From assembly GCA_009859145.1 (NCBI GenBank), contig VRVR01000042.1, positions 1 to 64,000 of the forward strand: a stretch of DNA of 64,000 nt, read 5' to 3'. Below the pieces are notes generated by a model. It was not told the DNA's origin, did not search any database, and saw only the letters and a program-made list of their open reading frames with translations. Position numbers and translations under genes: made by a program. Positions 29,533 to 38,437 of the stretch are shown in pieces; the first letter of the stretch is position 1, and every line of letters starts with the position of its first letter. The DNA comes from Andalucia godoyi And28. Taxonomy: Eukaryota; Protista; Jakobida.

Positions 29533-30211
29533 AAAAAAACCAAACCAACGAATGATAGAATAGATGGCTACGGATGCTGCGTTAAAGAGTGTCGAAAATG
29601 CGGAGCCTGTGTCACAGGCTGAATTTTGGCCGAGCGTGCGTAAGCATGAATCCCTGTGAAACAAACGTGCTAGTGTCGGCCAGTGTCGACCGTGTCTGTT
29701 TATGCACACTTCTTCCGTATGCATGACAATGACGAGTCATTATTCAGCGGTATTTTGTTTTCTGCTAACCCTGACCTATAAAAGACGGAGGAGGGTTTAT
29801 TGGGGTTTTTTCAAAAGCTGCACCTCTTGTTTTCGCTTAGACTGCTCTTTCCTTTCTTCTTCTTCTTCTTCTTCTCTTTTTCTTCTCTTTTTCTTCTCTT
29901 TTTCTTCTTCTCTTTTTCTTAATCGAATAGAAGGAAACCCGGTTTTACACACTGCCCACTTGAACAATCGAGGGGGCGGCGCCAGAAAACCGGCAGACAC
30001 AGGACACTTTAGGAAACCAGCCGGATTTTTTTGAAAGGATGAACTGGTGCCGAAAGGTGTCCAACAACAAACTACAAACTCTCTTTTTATTAATTATATT
30101 TATTTAATTTATTCCATTTTTTTTAAAGAAAGGAACACACAAATACAAGAAGCAGAATTGCGTACGATAGAAAATCGCAGTCATTGAAGGAGGCTAAGAA
30201 GGCCCGGAAAG

Positions 30212-30916
30212 ATGTCGCATGGACCAAGACTGAGTGGCACAAGAGTGCACACGACGGCAGCTGTGCTGACTGTACCGCCCGCGATTGCTGCGCAGATGGA
30301 TGCCGTTCGCCGAACGCACGATCGGCACTATCCGCGATGGATGCCGCACATCACTCTGATGTATCCGTTTGTCCCGCTTGCCGAGTTTGCCGAGGCCGAG
30401 CGGGCGATGCGCTGTGCCCTTGACGCAGAGTCGTCGGGTGGTGGCCTTCGCCCGTTCCAAATGGCGATCGCACCGCCCTTTGGGATGTTCCACCACCACA
30501 ACAATGCCTCCACGACGGTCTGGCTGCCTCCGCGAACCAGCATCCCGGGGATCATGCACACTCTTTACGCCGCACTAGCCGCTGCATTTCTCCCTGCAGA
30601 CACCCAGCCGGCGGTGTTCACGCCGCACTTGACGCTTGGGCAGTGGCGCAGCAGACACGAAGCCGAGGCTGCACTCAGCAGCCTTCGCCATGCTCTCGGC
30701 TTCCCACCAGACTCCTTGCTCTCGAATAATAACAACAACAACAACAGCCATCCTCGGTGGTTTGAAGTAACCGGAGTGGACATGATCGCGCGAGACGGGC
30801 CCAACGACCCATTCAAACTCATTCAACACGTCCCATTCTGCTCCACATCCTCCGCTCACCAAGGCGTCCACATCAGCGGGCCTCAGGAGCTCGGCTGTTC
30901 GGCAGCTCGACAATGA
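30212..30916 (+). CDS. 2H phosphoesterase (2'-5' RNA ligase superfamily)
   Basis: Two HxT motifs: RWMPHITLMYPF and FTPHLTLGQW. Confidence 0.9.
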   Translation: MSHGPRLSGTRVHTTAAVLTVPPAIAAQMDAVRRTHDRHYPRWMPHITLMYPFVPLAEFAEAERAMRCALDAESSGGGLRPFQMAIAPPFGMFHHHNNASTTVWLPPRTSIPGIMHTLYAALAAAFLPADTQPAVFTPHLTLGQWRSRHEAEAALSSLRHALGFPPDSLLSNNNNNNNSHPRWFEVTGVDMIARDGPNDPFKLIQHVPFCSTSSAHQGVHISGPQELGCSAARQ

Positions 30917-31100
30917 ACCGAGTATCTTGGAACGGACTCAGCAGCAAGTCCCGCAGTGTCCCCGACTGTAATGCAAGCGACACGGGAACCAAAAACAACC
31001 GCCCGTCCGACGACCTCAGCCGCATGTACCGGTAGTCAGGCGTCTCCACCGCACTCCCACTCCCACTCCCACTCCCACTCCCACTCGCACTGGAATTCAT
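30873..31100 (-). CDS. Truncated Skp1/Elongin-C POZ-domain protein (possibly a pseudogene)
   Basis: YMRLRSSDGRLFLVPVSLALQSGTLRDLL matches the Skp1/EloC N-terminus (V.L.SSDG..F.V....A..S.T+..+L); the stop occurs before the C-terminal helices. Confidence 0.6.
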   Translation of the reverse strand: MNSSASGSGSGSGSGSAVETPDYRYMRLRSSDGRLFLVPVSLALQSGTLRDLLLSPFQDTRFIVELPNSRAPEAR

Positions 31101-31163
31101 AGTCTCGTATACAGACAGATAGATGTACAGATGTGCATGTATTGGAAATATATATGGCCTTCG

Positions 31164-31214
31164 AACCCACAACGTCTGGAGGACAGCCGCGAACATCATC
31201 GGACAGCATGGCTG
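31164..31214. repeat. Dispersed repeat B, copy 1
   Basis: 43 of 52 aligned positions identical to 40286-40337 (hand alignment). Confidence 0.7.
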
Positions 31215-31492
31215 AGTTGACAGCCGTCGACATTGATGCTGAATGAAAGTCGATGGATGGCGGGAAACATGCACGTTTGCGATTGCACGTTAACGAGGGA
31301 AAATCCGCCTCTTATTATAATTTTATTATATTAATATTATTTTATTATTATTTTTTGCGCGAAGTTCGTGTCTCCGCGTTCTTTTTCATTTTGGTTTTTG
31401 ATTTGCTTTTGTTATTTGATTATTGATTTTTGGTTTTGTCTTCGTTCGCTCTTAGAGGTGGACGAGGATCGGCAGACTGGATTAGGAAGGAC

Positions 31493-33172
31493 ATGCGGTC
31501 AGTGAACTTGTATAATGCCTCGCAGTGTTCAGAGTACCCATGTGGGTCACTGTATGATTTTGTGACAGACAGGCTGAAGCACGGCGGTCTTGCCCTCGAT
31601 GCACAGCTGCCAGACTCCGAGTTCTTCCACCGCGGATACGACGGTCACCGGTTTTTGAATGGGTCTCATGACGGCACGGCGCTGCTGGGCATGGAGTCGG
31701 CTGCGGCTGCGGCGGAGGAAGAGGCGCACGCGTGGACAAAGAGAGGCGAGGACTGGGCTGCGTGTCTATTGGACGTCCTTACCCAGCTGGCGGACTACGA
31801 ACGGTTGCTGGAGGTGAATGAGCGCGAAAAGAGGAAGCTCAGGTCGAACGCAAGCGCCGAACATGCACCATCATCGTTGCCGTCACCGCCGTCACCGCCA
31901 CCGCCACCGCTGCATGGAAATCCTATTGCGGTGCTGCTGGACTGTGTGGAGGAAGGGTGTACGGTGGGAAGGCCTGCGTTTTTGTGCTCTTATTTTGCTT
32001 TTGCGAGTTGCATGTCAAAGGCAGTGGAGGTTGTGGCGCTGCGGGAGTCGTATGCATCGATGTCGGCGAAGAAAAGACAGGCAAAGAAGATCAGCGAGAA
32101 ACAAAAGGAGTTCGCGAACCCAAAGTACAAGTTCTCGCTCTCCATGCTTGCGTCGCTGGGATGGACCCTGTTGGTCCAAGGGAGGACGCGAAGCGCAGTC
32201 AAGGTCGGACTTTCGCTGCTTTCGGTGCTTCCCCCGGGCCGCGTCGACCCGAATTTTTATGATGCGGTCATGATGATTGGAGCGTGCGAGGAGTTCACGT
32301 TTTATTCGGGAAGAGTGCTCTTCCAGACTCTGGAGTATCCAGAGGAGGCGCTGGTCAGTTTGGCACAGTGTGTGCATGGCTGGGGCCGGGTCATCCTCTT
32401 GAACCTCATTGCGCAGATCGAGCCGCTGTCAAAGGCCACGAGGGCCTGGATGCTTGCAGAAGGCTTCGTCAATGCGCTCAGCGTCCACTTTGCTGCGTAC
32501 TCTGTTTGTGTCGCTGCAGATCCGCTCCAGCTCCTGGAAGATGCAATGCACAAAGCAGACAAGAAGAAGCGGCCGGCATCGGAGTTTGTTCAGATGGATG
32601 TGCTGCTCGGCATCGCACAGATTCTTGTGGCTCTTTCCCAGTCGGCGGGGAGACCTGAAGGAACGTATGGCTGGGACAAGCTCAACAAGGTCCAGTCGGT
32701 TGCCGGCAAGATGCCAGAGCATGCAGAGGAAGATGCCCTCAGCACAGCCGACCGTGCTCGTCAGAAGAACGCCGGGTCTTCTGCTGCTGCCAGCTCGTCG
32801 ACAGACACGTTGATTTCCGGACTGACTCTAGTAAGCGACCCGAAGCAACAGCAACAGAAGGAGGAGGGGGCGGAGGAGGAGGAGGAGGAGGAGGAGGAGA
32901 ATGCAGATCCGCAAGATGAAGAAGATGATGAGGAGAATGTCGAAGAGTATTCGTATGCGGATGCTTTGGCATATGCGTTCTTGGCTTGTGTGGAGCATGT
33001 CGTGACTGTTGATCAGAGAGCACAGGTGGTTGTCCCGGAAGGAGGCATCGATGTGGACCTGGAATTGCAGAAGAGAGAACCCTCCACGTCTCGAGAACAA
33101 TGGCTTGCAATGGCAGCGCATGTGTGCCGGTCGCAAATTGTTCATCAAAACTCGGCTCCTTCTGCCGTATGA
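31493..33172 (+). CDS. Hypothetical protein with a domain resembling a bacterial conserved family
   Basis: First ATG at 31493. VKVGLSLL, IGACEEFTFYS, LAQCVHGWGRV, WMLAEGFVN; acidic poly-E tail. Confidence 0.85.
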   Translation: MRSVNLYNASQCSEYPCGSLYDFVTDRLKHGGLALDAQLPDSEFFHRGYDGHRFLNGSHDGTALLGMESAAAAAEEEAHAWTKRGEDWAACLLDVLTQLADYERLLEVNEREKRKLRSNASAEHAPSSLPSPPSPPPPPLHGNPIAVLLDCVEEGCTVGRPAFLCSYFAFASCMSKAVEVVALRESYASMSAKKRQAKKISEKQKEFANPKYKFSLSMLASLGWTLLVQGRTRSAVKVGLSLLSVLPPGRVDPNFYDAVMMIGACEEFTFYSGRVLFQTLEYPEEALVSLAQCVHGWGRVILLNLIAQIEPLSKATRAWMLAEGFVNALSVHFAAYSVCVAADPLQLLEDAMHKADKKKRPASEFVQMDVLLGIAQILVALSQSAGRPEGTYGWDKLNKVQSVAGKMPEHAEEDALSTADRARQKNAGSSAAASSSTDTLISGLTLVSDPKQQQQKEEGAEEEEEEEEENADPQDEEDDEENVEEYSYADALAYAFLACVEHVVTVDQRAQVVVPEGGIDVDLELQKREPSTSREQWLAMAAHVCRSQIVHQNSAPSAV

Positions 33173-33539
33173 CCAAGCAAGAGGAGCTTCAGTGTTTATT
33201 TATTTATTTTTCGGGAAGTCCAGCACATGGCTCGGTATACCACGCCCCGCCCAGGCCTTCTTTACTTGCAAGCGCGGGGGGAAACAGCAAGACAAGCGGC
33301 GTCATGCAGCCGACAGTAGAAGAAGAAGTGCGTCTCTCCTTCTTTTGATTCTTCTGGTCGCAAAACAACAGGGGAGGGAGTCAAGACGCGTGGATTAGAA
33401 AAAGAAAAAAGAGCATCAAAAAAAAAAAAAAAGTAACAACATTTGTAGTTCAATACGCACATGATCGTCCTTGTAAAATCGTGAAAAGGGAGAAAAAACC
33501 AGAGAGGAGAAAACGGAAAAGCATTGATTTCACAGAAGA

Positions 33540-35579
33540 TCAGTTCGTTGGCGGGGAAGCGGCTCCAAACATGCGTTGATCAAGCCACGCGAAGCCGTCT
33601 AGTTCGTCGCTCTGCGTAGATTTGAGTCTCTGCTTCTCCTTTAGTTCGCGCTTTTCGTCAAAGCAAGGGCAAAGGCGAGCTGTTTTGGGATGTGTTGCAT
33701 CGCACGTGAATGGATATGACTGCGGGGCTTGGTTGATCAGGCAGGCCTTTGTGTCTGGTTCAAACGCAGGCTGATCGGGACCCATGGATCCATCACAATC
33801 GTCTTTTCTGCATTTGAACATCGCTTTCATTTCGTCGCACTTGTTGATTAGCGGCGCAAACAACGGTTCACAGACCAAGTCCTTCGCAGCGCACACAGCC
33901 GTGCATGACTGTCCGGTCTGACCAGCAGCGGCTTCCAAGAATTCCTTCGAACGACCAGATATATCCGACTTGAGACCTTCGACCTGGTCCGCGGACATGA
34001 ACTTGAGCTTGGAAGAGTCTTTGGTCACAAGCGGCGAGTATGATGCGACCGCAACGACATATGTCCGATCATCCGGAGCCCAGAAAAGACTGACACCTGC
34101 GTAAGAATTTGACGGGGGACTGGCCTGGTTCACGCGAAACACAGATGCGATGGTCTTCCAAATCATGTCCGTTTTCGTTGTCGCAGTATACGGTACCAAC
34201 TTGAACGTGGAAGGCGCCGTGGACTGCGACGACGGAGCAGCTGGCGCAGGCTCGCTCTTCTTTGAGCCTTTTGATTTTCCCTTGGCAGGCGCAGTCGCCG
34301 GGCTCCATGAAATCAAATTCTTGAGCATTGTCTCAAAAGCATCCGCATCCGCAGCAGTGCTCAGCTGATTCTCGGGAATTTCGAAGTACTCGTTCTCGGC
34401 AATGGAGTCCGTCGTTCGGGACACTTCGGGATACAGAACATGTGCATTTCTGAGATATCCACGCCAGTTCTTCTTTGGCCAGTCATCCAACAGCGACGGA
34501 AGCGAGTCCTTGCGAATGAGCACGGCCCGAAGGTCCAGTGAATCCGAACGCAGCACACGAGCCCTGTGCAGCCCCTTCTGGAGACCATTCACAAGCGACA
34601 CGCCGAACAAGTCCTTTTCGTTTCGCACTCCATCTTTGTTTTTCCCCACTGGTGCAAGATATTTCTCACACTGCGCTGCAAACAACAGGGCATCTGGAGC
34701 GAGCTCGACTCCTTCTTCCACAAACAAGATGGACGAAGAGGAAGAATCGTCGCCAAACTGCGCAGGAGCATTTCGAAACGCAGCGCGAACAACCATTGCC
34801 TCGAGAACATTCGCCGGTTTTGCACTCACTGGCTTCTGCTCGGAGTCCGTGACTTGGACCTGAATCGTCAGGATCTCTGGGAATAACTCTGCAAAGTCCG
34901 CGGTAGCTTGTGCTTTCTTATCCTTCTTCTGGTCGGGATGCAGCGTGTAGATGCGGATCATCTCAGGGTTGTAAAAAGGGCTTTTTTCAAGCGCGGCGAC
35001 TGTTTTTCCTACCAGCTCTGCACTTGACGAAAGTGCCAGAATAGCAATCGGAATCAAACTCGGATGCACCGCAAGCGAGTCTGCAAATCCGCCAAGCTGA
35101 TCATTTGGAATCAGAAATTGTGCGTTCTCCAAATCCTTCGGTCCCTTTTGCACGACACCCGAGTCTTGTCCATTTTGCTTTTCCTTGACGGGAATCTTTG
35201 GCTTTTTGACTGGGCTAACAACGTCACCAGTCGGTTCCTGCCTGTCCGAGTCCTCCATTCCACCGGTCACCTCTGTCTCCGCTCTTCTTGTCTCACTACC
35301 ACCGTCGCTACCAGCGACATCGTCATCATCACCGCTTCGAACGGGCTTCCTCAACGGAGGCTTTTGTGGATTATACCTCGTTTTTGGCTGCCCGTGTGCT
35401 GATGAACTGCTGTCAGATACCTCATCACCTTCTAGGCCGGGAACATGCAGCTGGCGAGAACTTCGCAAGGCAAACACCACCACCAAGAGCACCACCGCAA
35501 TCAGCGAATACGAAAGGAACGGATTGCGACGCCAAATGGACCGCATCGTTGACAAGAGCCGCTTGGGCTGCTCTTCCAT
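33540..35579 (-). CDS. Type II membrane GT13 (GnT-I)-like protein with a GnT-V-like C-terminal Cys-rich domain
   Basis: TM FLSYSLIAVVLLVVVFAL. GT13-like ILFVEEGVELAPD, LRSD, WPKKNWRGYLR, YPEVSRT. C-terminal GQSCTAVC..LVCEP..FAPLINK...C...CDATHPKTARLCPC. Confidence 0.75.
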   Translation of the reverse strand: MEEQPKRLLSTMRSIWRRNPFLSYSLIAVVLLVVVFALRSSRQLHVPGLEGDEVSDSSSSAHGQPKTRYNPQKPPLRKPVRSGDDDDVAGSDGGSETRRAETEVTGGMEDSDRQEPTGDVVSPVKKPKIPVKEKQNGQDSGVVQKGPKDLENAQFLIPNDQLGGFADSLAVHPSLIPIAILALSSSAELVGKTVAALEKSPFYNPEMIRIYTLHPDQKKDKKAQATADFAELFPEILTIQVQVTDSEQKPVSAKPANVLEAMVVRAAFRNAPAQFGDDSSSSSILFVEEGVELAPDALLFAAQCEKYLAPVGKNKDGVRNEKDLFGVSLVNGLQKGLHRARVLRSDSLDLRAVLIRKDSLPSLLDDWPKKNWRGYLRNAHVLYPEVSRTTDSIAENEYFEIPENQLSTAADADAFETMLKNLISWSPATAPAKGKSKGSKKSEPAPAAPSSQSTAPSTFKLVPYTATTKTDMIWKTIASVFRVNQASPPSNSYAGVSLFWAPDDRTYVVAVASYSPLVTKDSSKLKFMSADQVEGLKSDISGRSKEFLEAAAGQTGQSCTAVCAAKDLVCEPLFAPLINKCDEMKAMFKCRKDDCDGSMGPDQPAFEPDTKACLINQAPQSYPFTCDATHPKTARLCPCFDEKRELKEKQRLKSTQSDELDGFAWLDQRMFGAASPPTN

Positions 35580-35701
35580 TTCCGTAAATTTGCAACGTCA
35601 CAAATTCAAGAATTTCACGTGCTTATTCTTCTTCTGTGATTACGGCACAGGCAGCGAGGATCTTGTGTGTTGGCCAAATGTCCAACGCAAGAGACACGGT
35701 A

Positions 35702-36141
35702 GACCGTTTTGTGTATGAGCATCAAACAACATCATATCGGAAAAGGTTTCTTATGCCGCCGCCCCTATGGAGACGCGAGGTTCCTACCGTAGTCCAGCCC
35801 AGAATTTCTTTTTCACTCTTTCATCCTTCTGTGTTTTTTCATCATCGAACTCTCAAGCAGCACCTTTCATCAGAGACAAAACATCGCATGGCTCCAAAGA
35901 GGGATCTTCCCAGCCAACTCACATCGGCCATGCTCGAAGATGCCGAGGCCCAAGAAACCTGCTGATTCCCCCGTCTCGTCGGAGGCGGAGAGCAACAAGA
36001 AGAAGCGATAACCCTTTTGATGCAGATCGAGGAGTTGGTGATCGCCCCCCAAATAAAATAAAAAAACAGGTGGCTTTGGATCTGTCTTCGGTGACAGCTT
36101 ACCCGATGATGGTGATCAATAGTGATTCATGTTTTTTTGGC
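35702..36141 (+). repeat. Dispersed repeat A, copy 1
   Basis: Near-identical to 61881-62259 apart from an extra internal segment near 36030-36080; contains the short ORF MAPKRDLPSQLTSAMLEDAEAQETC*. Confidence 0.95.
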
Positions 36142-36180
36142 GAGCATCCGATTCCACAACGAAGGACGAAAAGTTAGAGC

Positions 36181-36510
36181 TCACAAGGACAACGACAAGA
36201 CAGCGCAAAGATCAGAGACGACGGAGTGGAGCATGTCTCGGGCGTCCATAGCTTGCATCCGCCTGCGTTCGTCCAGCCGAATGCGCTCTTCCAGTGTCCA
36301 AGCAAGGATGATCTGTTTGCTGTCCAGAGCAACTTGGCGCCTTTCGGCTTCCAGATGTTTTTCAAAAGCAGCGTGAAGTTCCAACTCGGCTTTCCTGGAC
36401 GCGGCTTGCGCTCGCTGCGCATCTGCTCGCAACTTTTCGACGCGGGCTTCCCGTATCTCCAGCTCTTGTTTAAGAGCTTCCATTTCCTTGGCGAACTGCA
36501 GCCAGTCCAT
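36181..36510 (-). CDS. Small coiled-coil protein (109 aa)
   Basis: ATG ORF with heptad E/K/R/A/L composition. Confidence 0.6.
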   Translation of the reverse strand: MDWLQFAKEMEALKQELEIREARVEKLRADAQRAQAASRKAELELHAAFEKHLEAERRQVALDSKQIILAWTLEERIRLDERRRMQAMDARDMLHSVVSDLCAVLSLSL

Positions 36511-36866
36511 TCTCTTGGGCTTCCGTGCAAAACAATAATGAAATTGCTTTTATAACTTATCAACTATATATCATTATTTCACAATAAAAACGAAAGACAA
36601 GGACTGCAAAAGAACTGAAAAAGCGGCTGTTCGGCGATGGAAAGGAATGGCAGAACAAACAGGCGAAGCTTACGAGACTCGGAGACACGACTTTTTGCGA
36701 AAACAAAAAGAAATTTGGCCTTCTAGCACTTGGTATACGGTACGACAGGCAACAGCCTCTGAAAAGGGGCTGCGCTTCTCGTTTTTTACTCGCTGGCCGC
36801 TGCAATGGTCATTATCACCGGCATTGTACAATGATCGAGATGGAAGGGGACAGCAGACAGCAGCGA

Positions 36867-38330
36867 TTATGAACGATGGTGATGGTGATGGTGGTGGTGT
36901 TGTTGTTGCTGCTGCTGCTGCTGATGGTGAAGCAGAGCGGCGCCGCATGAAGCCAGATTCTCGACACGTCTGATGTTTTCGAGATACTTGTTGATCGGAT
37001 GCGCTGGGATCGCGACAGCGGTCTTTTCTCGAGAGCGAGTGCCTGCCTGGACCGAGACGACGTGCTTGGGTTTCTTGCTGCGAACAAGGAACTTTGGGCT
37101 TGAGGACACGCCGACTACGGACTCAACGGCCGTTTCCGCATCGACCATCAAGAACGTCAGGCGCAGTGAGAACGGCGATGGGTTGTCCTTGCATGCAAAC
37201 GAATGCTTCTGTATGCTGAACGGTCCGATAGTGCACTGAAACGTAAATGGCTGATCGCGCGAAACCACCGGAGCCATCAAGGACGAAAACTCTCCTTCTC
37301 TCTGTTCGACTCCTTCCTTGCGGAAGCAGTCGCGAACGACAGAGCCGCTTCGATCCAGCAGCTCCACCTTTGCAAAGAACCGCAGTCGTGGCTTGCCATC
37401 CACACTGTTAACCGCAAGTGCCTGTTCCCCGAATATACCCGATGGCGACGAAGTGGCATCGATTCGAATTAGAAGTGTATAGACGGTCGTCTTGTACCAT
37501 TCTGCATCACCCGGGTCCACAATCACATCGCTCAGAACATCCAGTATGGGTGGCGTCCATGCTCGGTAACATGTGCGTCCGGTTTTTGTAAAAACGCCAA
37601 ACACGGTCCGCGGCTCCGACGACGGGCACGGATGAGTCCAGTTGCATGACTGCTCGTCTGCGTTCATCCGTGCACCGCCGCCGGCCACCGTCGGAACCGC
37701 AGGAGAGCGTCGAGAAGGTTCGCCCTGCTTTGCAATCACGGACCTGCTGGTCGCCAAACTCGCCATCATCGGCTGCGCGAAATGCACCATCGAATTCTCC
37801 ATGGAAAACGGCGGTGACAGTGAAAACACCGAAGTGGAGGGCGACGACGACGAAACTCGCTGCATCTCTCCTCCGGCAGGGCCCAAAGAATGCAAGCGAA
37901 TATTAGAATTGTGTGTGTACGTTGGACCACAAGAAGACGACGACGAAGAGGTTGACGATGATGATGATGATGATGATGATGATGTGGAGGAGGAGGAAGA
38001 GGAGGAAGAAGCTGTGGCCATCGATGATGAGCAGGAATACTGGCTAGAGGAGGAAAGCGAAGAGGAGGATGGGATGTGCGGGGTCAAATGGTCAGTGGAG
38101 ATCATAAACCCCGTTGGCGGAACCATTGGCGGCGGGCAGCCCATAATGCCCATCATGTGAGCGTACGGAGCTTGGTTCAACAACTGGGCATTCAAACCCG
38201 CGTACTCGCTGGGATTCCCGAGCATGAGTCCTAGACTCGCGGACATTCCATTGTCAAAATGCAGCGGAGGAAGTAGCCCGCCGAGATGCTGCAACGCACG
38301 AGCGTAAAATTCAAACGACTGGTCTTGCAT
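36867..38330 (-). CDS. Putative transcription factor: low-complexity S/M/P region, beta-rich domain, poly-Q/poly-H tail
   Basis: First ATG at 38330 (upstream FL repeats come from an AAAAAC microsatellite). Globular block ...GPFSIQKHSF..PFSLRLTF...SSPKFLVRSKKPK. Confidence 0.75.
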   Translation of the reverse strand: MQDQSFEFYARALQHLGGLLPPLHFDNGMSASLGLMLGNPSEYAGLNAQLLNQAPYAHMMGIMGCPPPMVPPTGFMISTDHLTPHIPSSSSLSSSSQYSCSSSMATASSSSSSSSTSSSSSSSSSSTSSSSSSCGPTYTHNSNIRLHSLGPAGGEMQRVSSSSPSTSVFSLSPPFSMENSMVHFAQPMMASLATSRSVIAKQGEPSRRSPAVPTVAGGGARMNADEQSCNWTHPCPSSEPRTVFGVFTKTGRTCYRAWTPPILDVLSDVIVDPGDAEWYKTTVYTLLIRIDATSSPSGIFGEQALAVNSVDGKPRLRFFAKVELLDRSGSVVRDCFRKEGVEQREGEFSSLMAPVVSRDQPFTFQCTIGPFSIQKHSFACKDNPSPFSLRLTFLMVDAETAVESVVGVSSSPKFLVRSKKPKHVVSVQAGTRSREKTAVAIPAHPINKYLENIRRVENLASCGAALLHHQQQQQQQQHHHHHHHHRS

Positions 38331-38382
38331 GGCGTCCAATCTATCTTTTCGGGGGCCAAGAGCTTTCAAGAGTGAACCCGCG

Positions 38383-38437
38383 CAAAAACACAAAAACAAA
38401 AACAAAAACAAAAACAAAAACAAAAACAAAAACAAAA
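38383..38437. repeat. (AAAAAC)n hexamer repeat
   Basis: Directly visible, upstream of the 38330 ATG. Confidence 0.9.

Noticed and set aside
29560-30200. IS607 serine recombinase or Y1 transposase next to the Fanzor remnant
   Set aside because: No YARVS or HUH motifs found in the provided ORFs there or near 63300-63620.
31155-31215. tRNA gene suggested by GGTTCGAA on the minus strand
   Set aside because: No cloverleaf or acceptor stem can be built; kept only as repeat B.
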